From Candidatus Woesearchaeota archaeon (GTDB lineage Archaea; Nanobdellota; Nanobdellia; Woesearchaeales; JACPBV01), in NCBI GenBank assembly GCA_016180135.1, contig JACPBV010000005.1:802-64801 (forward strand): DNA of 64,000 bases. Direction: 5' to 3'. Of this stretch, positions 9,105-17,464 are shown in pieces. The position numbers and the translations under genes were made by a program. A model generated the notes under the pieces. It searched no databases and was not told the DNA's origin. It saw nothing but the letters and a program-made list of their open reading frames with translations. Position 1 is the stretch's first letter. Each line of letters begins with the position of its first letter.

Positions 9105-9590
9105 TCACCTGATGTTGCCCTTTACTAATTGGATTATGGATTTGTTATACCCCATTCTGAGCAGGAGATCCAGCAACAGCAATGCCTGGTCTCCAGCAAA
9201 AACTTTTTTCTTCCAAAGGGAATGGATGAGCAGTGGCGTGTTGGTAACTCCTATCTGCCCTATAAGGCATACTCTTTCAATTTGCCTGTCTTCCGTCGCT
9301 AATGAGCAGCCGGATTCATGGGCAAGGGCAACAACGCTTGCATCCGCAGGATGAAGTGAAAATTCTTTGATTACTTCATTGATGCCTTTTGCTTTCTGGA
9401 TTTCAATTTGCCCCCTATCAAGGTAATCTGCGACAATCCTTGCATCTTTGTATCCAATCTCCTTCCCTTCCCTAACTTCTTGCGCAATCTCCGGAGTTGT
9501 AATGGCCTTAAACCTTTTTAAAAGAGATGGAAAAAGGCCGAGCCTGCTGATAAACAGGGATGAGCTTGTGTTGATAACTATCATTTCCAT
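9105..9590 (-). CDS. DUF3368 / PIN-like nucleic-acid-binding protein (COG2405), toxin partner of UPF0175
   Basis: 'VINTSSSLFISRLGLFPSLL', 'ADASVVALAHESGCSLATEDRQ' and 'GVTNTPLLI' match the pattern of this family. A 1-nt gap separates it from the UPF0175 gene. Confidence 0.6.
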   Translation of the reverse strand: MEMIVINTSSSLFISRLGLFPSLLKRFKAITTPEIAQEVREGKEIGYKDARIVADYLDRGQIEIQKAKGINEVIKEFSLHPADASVVALAHESGCSLATEDRQIERVCLIGQIGVTNTPLLIHSLWKKKVFAGDQALLLLDLLLRMGYNKSIIQLVKGNIR

Positions 9591-9835
9591 TACTCTTCAA
9601 TACAGATGTAATGGTTTGTAATATATAAATCTTTCGGGTTTGAGGAAAGCAATCAAGGTATCGCCAGTAGGTTAATACCTACAAGTTTAAGGTAGAGAAA
9701 AACAGCGCCAAAAGGGAAGGAAAAATAGATTTATATTCTTTATTACATATTTTATGTTAAATATAATGTTTTTCACAATTAATTATAATATATTATGGTA
9801 GTTATATCATACTATCTAGAATGTATTACGTAAAG

Positions 9836-9843
9836 TTTAAATA
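9836..9843 (+). promoter_or_regulatory. archaeal TATA box candidate for the 9869 gene
   Basis: TTTAAATA lies 25 nt upstream of the ATG, suggesting a leaderless transcript. Confidence 0.45.
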
Positions 9844-9868
9844 GTCCATTGCAGCAGAGCATTGAAGT

Positions 9869-10147
9869 ATGCAGGAGGAGCCCCATCTAAAGCACTTCTA
9901 TCTCTTCACCTATTCATTAGCCCCCCTTTCCCAGAAAGCAAAAGTCAAGGCCATAAGGGGCCTGCTCGGCTACAAAAACAAAAAGCAGAAACTCTATGAG
10001 CATGATGGGCTGCTTCAGGAGCACTCAGGAGAGAAGATTGCCCAGAACGTCCTGCTGCTTCCCGCAGAAAAAGCAGTCCCCTTTGTAGACTATTTCCGGG
10101 AAAACAAGATTCCTTATTCCTTCAAAGAGCTCTGGATGAAAGAGTAA
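9869..10147 (+). CDS. small hypothetical protein
   Basis: A 92-aa ORF with TTTAAATA at 9836-9843, 25 nt upstream of the ATG. No family recognised. Confidence 0.4.
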   Translation: MQEEPHLKHFYLFTYSLAPLSQKAKVKAIRGLLGYKNKKQKLYEHDGLLQEHSGEKIAQNVLLLPAEKAVPFVDYFRENKIPYSFKELWMKE

Positions 10148-10287
10148 GGCAGGAAATAAACGATTTGGATGAGAAAAAGGTTGAGAAAGAAAAGAAGTTG
10201 GGATTAAAGAGTGAATTGGAAAAAAGAAAGAAGTTTGGATGAAAGTGTTAAACAAGAAAGATAAATAAGGTTGGATGAAAGAAGAAC

Positions 10288-13200
10288 ATGGCAAAGAATT
10301 CAATCAAAACAGGGGCAGGAAATAAGCGCACAACAGCAATCCCCCAGATTTGGGGGGATGGTAATCTCCAGAGATTAAGCTTTCTAAAAGGAGAAAGATT
10401 AAGCTTTCTGAAGGCAGAGGGATTAAGCCTTCTGAAGGCGCAAAAATTGGCCGCTATTTTCCTCCTTGCGTTGATCATCACATTCCCCATCTCCTCAACC
10501 ATCGCCTACGCAGAGCTTATCAATCCGGCAATAACAGGCTCAAAGAATATCCCGGGTTTCGTAGAAGCAAACGAAACAATCACCCTTCAGGCCAGAGCCC
10601 GGATTGCAGGAGACGATGATATCACTCCATCCCAGGTTCCCCTTTTTGAGCCATCCGGCCCTAACGTATTGTTCATTCAGGGCTGCGCCGAGGAGCCAAA
10701 CAAGGTTTTCAGGTGCACCTCATTCCTCTCCCCATCTGAAGTTTCCCAAAGAACTCTCTCTGAAAAAGTTTTTTCAATTCCGCTGTATCTCCTCCGCAAC
10801 GACGGCACCCAGGAGGATTCTGAAAATGTGCCGGGAGAAGTGGATGAGCTTCCGCCGGTATTCTCCGGAATCAGCATCTCTCCCCTTCAGGCAGGCTTCG
10901 ATGATCTCACGATAAGCTTTGATGTGACCGACTTCGGCAACAGCATCTCCCAAAACTGCGTTGGGCTGAAATCGCTGGTCGTCTCTTCGGGCTCATTTGT
11001 AAAAGAAATAGGCATTCAGAACCCCAGCTGTTCGTTAGCCTCAGGCGTTTCGATTGACTCGGAGGAGATCATTGACGATAAAGAATTTGACGGCAACATC
11101 ACAGTCACCGTAAAAGCAGCGGACAGGTTCGGGCAGGAGTCTTCCGAAAAGAATTTTAATGTCACTCTAGACAGGATGGAGCCGGAGATTAAGGGGGAGC
11201 AAAGCTTCCAGCTTCTTGACGGGGGCTTACACGAAGTTTTTTATTCAGCCGGTTCTCAGATTGTGGCTTCTGCAAGAGTAAATGTCACAGACAGCTTTCT
11301 TAATATTAGCTCGATAAGGGCAGATTTCTCTTCCCTAAATCCGGGGAATGGAATTAAATCTGCGGCTTGCAGCTTTGATGGTGAGAATGCAAGCTGCAGT
11401 TGGGCTGGAATCCTCGTTGACGTTTCCGCTACAGGAGATTTTCCAATAATTATCAATGCGTCGGATACTCTTGGGAATAATGCAACATTTGAAATTATCT
11501 ACCATATTGGACTGGATACAACTAGGCCTGAAGTCGTTTCCTTTTCGGCAGGATACCAAAAAAGTGATAAGGCGACCTCCCCAATAAATTTCTTTGGTCA
11601 ACGAGAAAATAACATAACCATAACCCTCAAGGAGTCCGGCTCCGGCTTCAGCAAAAAGAATATTGCGCTTGACTTGCGAAATATTAACAGCAACCTTGGA
11701 AGATATGACCCCGACTGGTGCAAAAAGACAAGCCCGGAGTTATGGGAATGTACATGGAACAATACTCAAATCCTCTCAAGTAATGAAAGAGTTTCCGATG
11801 GGCAAAAAGAAATTTTAATTCTTCCCGCCGGTTCAGACGATGTTGGCAATGCCCTGATCGGCGACCTTAGCCAAAATATTACTCTGGACTTATCTAAACC
11901 AGTCCTGACGGGAATTAGATACACGCCAAGCGCACCAAAAGCGCCTGAGCCTTTGATCCTAACATTCACCGCATCAGACTCATCACCTGAGCTTTTCGTT
12001 TATGCCAACACTTCACAGATTAGCTCAAGGGAAATTATCGCCGGGGAATGTGATACAAGCAGTAAGTGCAGGATTGAAATAACCGATTTGTTCACCGCCC
12101 ACATCAATGCAACAGTTTCATTGTTTGCCAGGGATATTGCGGGCAACATTGCAGAAGTCAAATATCCTGTAACCCTTTTTGAGCCGGATGCTGAAACCCA
12201 GCCAAACTTTTTCAGGATTGCGAGTGTCGAGCCAGTTCCTCTTTTCGTCGACAGGAAGGTTGCAAGCCAAATCCCATTGAAGCTCTACATTTATACAAGG
12301 CTTGCTAAGGTTGGAGAGCCAACAATTATCCAAAACTCGGTTGACTGCACTGAGTCTGCGAATTATATTAACGGGGCTGCTTACGTTCCCGGAGCTGGCT
12401 CGGGGCAATCTGCTCTTCCTGAGCTGAACAGGGGTTATTACCTGATGAATGAAGGTACCTTAGAGCCCATTATTGCATTGGAGTCATCGCAGGAAATCGC
12501 AAAACTGGAAAAGGATTTTGTTGAATACCGCTGCAAGTTTAACCTTCAGGTGAGGGACAAGACAAAGGTGTACGCAAAGCCTGAGGTTGAAGAGATCAAG
12601 GTGAGATTTACATTACGGGGGAATTCCCTTGGAGACATTCAGGAAAACCTCCAGAAAAAGATGGAGGGAGTCAACAAAGACATCCAGGAAACAGAGAAAG
12701 ATATACAGGATTTGGAAAAGTGGGTGAATATCTTTGGCATCTACTGCAAAATCTCAAGCATGATGGGTGCTTTGAATTCTGCGATACAGGCGATTAAGGC
12801 AGCACTGCAGCCAGTCTTATCAAGCATTTTCATTGCCTGCGCTACCTGTTGTGCAAAATGTGTTGACTTTGGGGCTGCATGCGCATGCGCAACTGCCACA
12901 ATGGCAACCTGGAAAGGCCTTTGCACATCAAGCTCCCTTCTCCACAAGCTCGTTGACGGATTCTTTTGGCCGGTAGGATTGCCGTTCAGGACATTCACAT
13001 CCCCCTGGACTATTGCCGGCTGGTTCCTCAAAGTAGGCTGCATGATCCTGTATTACTGCGCATTGTCCGACTGGGACCAGATGGTCTCATTGGGGGGTGA
13101 GGTAATAAGGGGAGCGCTGCCAAAGAGTGGGTTGGGGAAAATAGAAGAAAGATATAAAGAGTATAAGGATGATACTACAGTGGAACTTGTCAATGGAGAT

Positions 13201-14202
13201 TATGTCCAGTATAACTCTCAAAAGGATAGGATGGTTGTAATGTCGGGACCAAGTTATGAATTAGAAAGACCTGTCACATACAGTCTTGAATCTACTGCAC
13301 TAATGGATGTTAAACTCGTTGGTCAACCCTATATACCAGTCTCAGATGTTTTGTCGGTAAATGATATACCCGGTGGAGTCTCCTCAAGCTCAAATGCAAA
13401 AGATAGGTTCTTAACGAGATTAGCTAATGGAAATCAGCATAAAGAAGATTCATCTCAAACCATTAACCCCTCAGGTAACCCATCCACATCAAATTCCCAA
13501 CAATCTCCGAAAGCACCAGGCCCAGTCAAAAAAGCCCTTGGGATGGGCGGCAGCAAGTCATTCCTGGGATTGAAGAAGCCATCAACTAAAGACACCTTCC
13601 CGATTCAGTCAACCGATCTTGCAAACTCGTGGAACAAAGACTCAACTTCAAGCGATATCCCTTTCCTGTCAGACAAAAATCTTGCTTTTGACCCATATAA
13701 AAGCATCCATTACGCAGAAGACTCAAGGTGTTATCCTGCAATCATCTACAACAAGAAAAAAGAAAAACAGATCAAATGCCTCTACCGCAACTGCATCCAG
13801 AACCATCTGTCTGCAGGCCAGCCGACAACCATATGCGACTTTGCGTATAAGGAGCGGGAATGCCTCTATGTCCAAAGCGCCCAATACCTGAAGAATGGTT
13901 ACAAGGGATTTTTTGACAACCTCTTCAAAGCCTTGCTGAAATATGCAGTTTTCCTCATCATCGGGCATTGGCTTGCGGAAGGAAAGTGCAAGGTGTATTT
14001 CACGCCGGGAACAGATGCGATCTGCGCAGATCCTCCCCCGAGCGCTGGGGCAACCTACTCTGTCCTCTGCGGCACCATAGGCGCTCTTTTTGCCTACATG
14101 GAGATATCCTCAATCATGCAGTCAAAATTTGGTTTTTCCGATGACAAAACCGAGCTGCAAGGGCCGGACTTTTGCTCCGGAAGCGAGGATGGATTAGGAT
14201 AA
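10288..14202 (+). CDS. giant secreted surface protein A (Ig-like repeats, Cys-rich hydrophobic C-terminal region)
   Basis: A 1304-aa ORF with signal peptide 'KLAAIFLLALIITFPISSTIAYA'. It is homologous from the signal peptide onward to the 26665 protein. The true start is uncertain because the first ~55 codons contain a 3x24-nt repeat. Confidence 0.8.
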   Translation: MAKNSIKTGAGNKRTTAIPQIWGDGNLQRLSFLKGERLSFLKAEGLSLLKAQKLAAIFLLALIITFPISSTIAYAELINPAITGSKNIPGFVEANETITLQARARIAGDDDITPSQVPLFEPSGPNVLFIQGCAEEPNKVFRCTSFLSPSEVSQRTLSEKVFSIPLYLLRNDGTQEDSENVPGEVDELPPVFSGISISPLQAGFDDLTISFDVTDFGNSISQNCVGLKSLVVSSGSFVKEIGIQNPSCSLASGVSIDSEEIIDDKEFDGNITVTVKAADRFGQESSEKNFNVTLDRMEPEIKGEQSFQLLDGGLHEVFYSAGSQIVASARVNVTDSFLNISSIRADFSSLNPGNGIKSAACSFDGENASCSWAGILVDVSATGDFPIIINASDTLGNNATFEIIYHIGLDTTRPEVVSFSAGYQKSDKATSPINFFGQRENNITITLKESGSGFSKKNIALDLRNINSNLGRYDPDWCKKTSPELWECTWNNTQILSSNERVSDGQKEILILPAGSDDVGNALIGDLSQNITLDLSKPVLTGIRYTPSAPKAPEPLILTFTASDSSPELFVYANTSQISSREIIAGECDTSSKCRIEITDLFTAHINATVSLFARDIAGNIAEVKYPVTLFEPDAETQPNFFRIASVEPVPLFVDRKVASQIPLKLYIYTRLAKVGEPTIIQNSVDCTESANYINGAAYVPGAGSGQSALPELNRGYYLMNEGTLEPIIALESSQEIAKLEKDFVEYRCKFNLQVRDKTKVYAKPEVEEIKVRFTLRGNSLGDIQENLQKKMEGVNKDIQETEKDIQDLEKWVNIFGIYCKISSMMGALNSAIQAIKAALQPVLSSIFIACATCCAKCVDFGAACACATATMATWKGLCTSSSLLHKLVDGFFWPVGLPFRTFTSPWTIAGWFLKVGCMILYYCALSDWDQMVSLGGEVIRGALPKSGLGKIEERYKEYKDDTTVELVNGDYVQYNSQKDRMVVMSGPSYELERPVTYSLESTALMDVKLVGQPYIPVSDVLSVNDIPGGVSSSSNAKDRFLTRLANGNQHKEDSSQTINPSGNPSTSNSQQSPKAPGPVKKALGMGGSKSFLGLKKPSTKDTFPIQSTDLANSWNKDSTSSDIPFLSDKNLAFDPYKSIHYAEDSRCYPAIIYNKKKEKQIKCLYRNCIQNHLSAGQPTTICDFAYKERECLYVQSAQYLKNGYKGFFDNLFKALLKYAVFLIIGHWLAEGKCKVYFTPGTDAICADPPPSAGATYSVLCGTIGALFAYMEISSIMQSKFGFSDDKTELQGPDFCSGSEDGLG
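10373..10444 (+). repeat. tandem repeat, 3 x 24 nt, in the annotated 5' end of giant gene A
   Basis: 'gattaagctttctaaaaggagaaa', 'gattaagctttctgaaggcagagg' and 'gattaagccttctgaaggcgcaaa' encode RLSFLKGE/RLSFLKAE/GLSLLKAQ. Confidence 0.8.
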
Positions 14203-14302
14203 AAAATAAAATTCCACCCCCAGCAAAGCTGCGGGGTATGAACCAATTTTGAGTAATCAAAAATCGGCAGTACATTCGTTTCAATTGAGATTTGGTAAAG
14301 GG

Positions 14303-15652
14303 ATGCAAAGAAAGGTCAAGATGATTAAAGGAATAAAACCAAAAAGGTTGTCTCCATCTTTAGTGCTCTTGCTCATCATAGCCACAGCTTTTGCAAGGCA
14401 GGACCTTTCGGGGTTTAATCCGGCTGTCGGAGGCTGGTATCAGGTTTCTCCCCAAGAGATTGATTTCTGCAAAAGGTATGGCGGCTCAGAAGATGCTGGG
14501 ATAAATCAGGATTCCCGATCATCAATCCCCATTGCATTATCCCAGATTACGCTCACACTTCAGGCCAAAAGAACCTCAACCTTGGCTAACGGGCAAAGAA
14601 ACGACCTCTATGAGGTAAGCTACTACATTGAGCCGGTGAGCGGTGAAGTGGACTTTGAGGTTCAGCTTCTTGGAGAGTTTACCCCCCCTTTAGATATACC
14701 TAATGGAAGAGGGAGGGCAAAAAGCACAGAGCCGGGGATGGGATTTTATGCTAACTACCATACGGAAGTTTACTCCTCAGCAAAAATTAAATTTGGCAAT
14801 GACTTCATTGAGGTGCCCGTTATCTCTTCAGGAAGGTCTTCTGTTGAACAGGCTCTTGCAGACCAAAAGCTTGCCGCTTCTGTCAGCTCTCAGGAAGGCA
14901 CCTCTCCAAAAGGAATTTCGGTGTCAGGCTTCGACCAATGCATCGAGGATTTCTCATGTGAGTATTATTTCCTGTTCTTGCCGGTAGGGGCGGAATGGCG
15001 TAATCAGGATGTTTTTAATGCACTCGCATACCAGCGGATGCTGTTCTTTAAAGACATATCAAAGTTTAAAAGCAGGAAAGCAGGGGCTGTTTTTGCGCCA
15101 ATTTCGTTCGCATCTGAAAACTGTAACCTTATTAACATCGAGGAAAATTTCCAAAAGCGTGAAATGCACGACAGGATACAGGCGTGCGCTGATAAATATG
15201 CAAGAAGCCTTGGGATAGGATATGAGCGTGCTGTGGGCTTATCTGGCTCTGAAAGTGTTGAAGGAGCCTTTAATGGATATGCCTATTTCACATCGAAAGC
15301 CGCATTTGCCAGGAGGGGCGGTCCCCCCCATGGAGACATAACTTCAGTTGTAGCCCATGAATGGGGGCACACGTATCAGCTATGTGATGAATATAAATAT
15401 CAAACATACTCCAGCCAAGAAAACGAGATAACATGCAAGAACGATTGGCCGACCGAATGCCCGAAGGCTGATTCCTGCTCTGGCCCCCATTGTTATAAAG
15501 AGCTGTGCCGTGGCAATTTCCCGGTCTTTAGGGATTATTCAGGCCCCCCTCTCCCATCAGTCTGCAGGATGGAGGCCAAATATTCAGTAATGGGGGTCGG
15601 AGATGGCGTATGCGGCTTTGATAAAACAGGAGGCTATGAAGCGTTAGGGTGA
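14303..15652 (+). CDS. secreted zinc metalloprotease-like protein (HEXXH)
   Basis: Contains 'VVAHEWGHTYQLCDEY', an N-terminal signal anchor 'LSPSLVLLLIIATAFA' and a Cys-rich C-terminus. The first ATG in frame is at 14303. Confidence 0.7.
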   Translation: MQRKVKMIKGIKPKRLSPSLVLLLIIATAFARQDLSGFNPAVGGWYQVSPQEIDFCKRYGGSEDAGINQDSRSSIPIALSQITLTLQAKRTSTLANGQRNDLYEVSYYIEPVSGEVDFEVQLLGEFTPPLDIPNGRGRAKSTEPGMGFYANYHTEVYSSAKIKFGNDFIEVPVISSGRSSVEQALADQKLAASVSSQEGTSPKGISVSGFDQCIEDFSCEYYFLFLPVGAEWRNQDVFNALAYQRMLFFKDISKFKSRKAGAVFAPISFASENCNLINIEENFQKREMHDRIQACADKYARSLGIGYERAVGLSGSESVEGAFNGYAYFTSKAAFARRGGPPHGDITSVVAHEWGHTYQLCDEYKYQTYSSQENEITCKNDWPTECPKADSCSGPHCYKELCRGNFPVFRDYSGPPLPSVCRMEAKYSVMGVGDGVCGFDKTGGYEALG

Positions 15653-16659
15653 AAATAAAGATGAAATTAAAAATGTTTTTTGGTGTTGGCGCCTTTTTAT
15701 TATTTTTCATTTCTCAAGCGTCAGCTTTGACCATCTGCGAATATGGCCTTGAGATTTCCAAAACGAACGATGTGAATCTGCTTAATATCAACACTTTTCC
15801 CGGAATTGAAGAACCGGATCTTTCGCCCTCCTCAAAATACCAGTTTATCATAAAAAACTCGGAAGATGAGGCAGTTTACCTGAGAGGGATACCCGTATTC
15901 TTCGGTATCCTTGACGCTGATGAGGAGGTGGATGCTATCCCTGTATCAGTGAGGGTCCCTTGCAGCGAAGATGCTGAAAGGCTTGATATAACCTTGGGCG
16001 GAAAGCCAATCTTTTCTTCCGATATTGCCAATCTCCTCTGCAATAAAGACACCGTATGCAATGGGTTTGAAACCTCATTACGATGCTCAGACTGCCCGCA
16101 GTCCTCTTCAGATGGGTGGTGCGACAGGATCAAAGATAACAGATGTGACCCTGATTGCCGGGGAGTTGATATTGACTGCGGCATTGTGGATTCATTTGTT
16201 GCATTAGAAACTTCAGGACCTCTTGCGCTTCAGGGCGAAACCGCTGACAAGCAGAAAAGGCCTGAAGAGCCTTCTGTCGACGGAAGCCTAGGAGAAAAGT
16301 TACCCATCCAATCGCTTCAAAAAACGAGGAGTGAGAAAAACCAGCAGGAATTATTGTTGGATGAGGCACTCATAGGTGAATTATGCAATAAAAATGGCAT
16401 TTGCGATGAAAACGAGGACAGCCAAACTTGCCCTATTGAATGCCCCCCGTCCGATGGGCAGATTGAGCAGCATGATAAAACGGGTGCAGAGGAAATAATA
16501 ACAGGGGTTGCGCCCCAGGCTGAATCTGGAGATAATGCTTCATTTTTCAGGAATCGGAAACCATTGCTGGCGGGACTCATCTTATTGGTAACTGCAATCC
16601 TTGTTATTGGGATTGCCATTCGTTTCATCCGCAGGAGGAGAAGCTATGAGTTTCCATAA
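15649..16659 (+). CDS. Cys-rich secreted protein with a C-terminal membrane anchor
   Basis: It has a signal peptide and two 'C.K.(G/T).C(D/N)...(S/T)..C..(D/E)C' modules reminiscent of Myxococcus-type cysteine-rich repeats. The C-terminal TM is 'LLAGLILLVTAILVIGIAI' followed by RRRR. Confidence 0.6.
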   Translation: MKIKMKLKMFFGVGAFLLFFISQASALTICEYGLEISKTNDVNLLNINTFPGIEEPDLSPSSKYQFIIKNSEDEAVYLRGIPVFFGILDADEEVDAIPVSVRVPCSEDAERLDITLGGKPIFSSDIANLLCNKDTVCNGFETSLRCSDCPQSSSDGWCDRIKDNRCDPDCRGVDIDCGIVDSFVALETSGPLALQGETADKQKRPEEPSVDGSLGEKLPIQSLQKTRSEKNQQELLLDEALIGELCNKNGICDENEDSQTCPIECPPSDGQIEQHDKTGAEEIITGVAPQAESGDNASFFRNRKPLLAGLILLVTAILVIGIAIRFIRRRRSYEFP

Positions 16660-17464
16660 CTTTGGATTGTGGCTTAAGGGCCTTTCTATAGTGAAGAGCT
16701 TTTCAGCTATAGGCAGGGAAAGCCTTCTCTTGATGCTTTTTGAGATAATAAAAGTCTTTGCGGCAGTTGCCATTTTCCTTCTCCTCAGCATGAGCCTCCG
16801 TTCCGGTTTCCATAGCATCGGAATTTCAGATGATCTTATGGAAGATGCTCTCAATAATTTAGGAGTGCCATCCTATCAGGAAAAATTCATTCAGGAAAAA
16901 GTTCCCGAGCCATCCACATTTAAAAACAGGTTTTATTTCCTTATTTTTAATACCGGATTAAAGATAGTTGGCTCGCTTCTCACCCTTATGGCGATAAGCT
17001 CGGCGCTCAACGCATGGGGATGGTGCATTATCCAGAAAAAGAGATGCTCATGGAAATTTATTCTCAGGTATATGGGGCTGATGGCACTTTGGGTATTTTC
17101 CTGGCTGGCTGGTTTTCTTGCGATAACGCTCAACCTGAAGCCAAATCTCATCCCCTGGGCCGCTCCGATAATGCTTTTCCTCTTTATTTTCTTTTCTTTT
17201 ATCCTATTCCCTACATTTGCTATACGGGGAAATATTTTCGCATCCCTGAAACAGGCCTTTGCTCTTGGAATTAGAAAATTCCATATTTTTTTTGGAAATA
17301 TTCTTTGGGCATATATTGTTTATCAGATAGGATTAATCCTGGTAATCTCCCAATCATCCTTCCAGCGCATAATCCTGTATCTTGTTCCATTAATGATTAT
17401 CCTGGGATTTGTTTGGGTAAAATATTTCAGCCTCGAGGTTTTAAAAAATGCGGCAAACAGGTAA
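16646..17464 (+). CDS. polytopic membrane protein, paralog of 38394 and 58865
   Basis: Multiple hydrophobic helices. It shares the block 'IRGNIFASLKQAFALGIRKFH' with 'LRAIREGLAEGIRLHH' in the 38394 protein. It overlaps both neighbours. Confidence 0.6.
   Translation: MSFHNFGLWLKGLSIVKSFSAIGRESLLLMLFEIIKVFAAVAIFLLLSMSLRSGFHSIGISDDLMEDALNNLGVPSYQEKFIQEKVPEPSTFKNRFYFLIFNTGLKIVGSLLTLMAISSALNAWGWCIIQKKRCSWKFILRYMGLMALWVFSWLAGFLAITLNLKPNLIPWAAPIMLFLFIFFSFILFPTFAIRGNIFASLKQAFALGIRKFHIFFGNILWAYIVYQIGLILVISQSSFQRIILYLVPLMIILGFVWVKYFSLEVLKNAANR

Noticed and set aside
9600-9868. The AT-rich 270-nt intergenic region as a replication origin.
   Set aside because: I see no ORB-like repeated boxes and no adjacent cdc6/orc1 gene. 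The region is adequately explained as a divergent promoter region with TATA-like boxes for both flanking genes.
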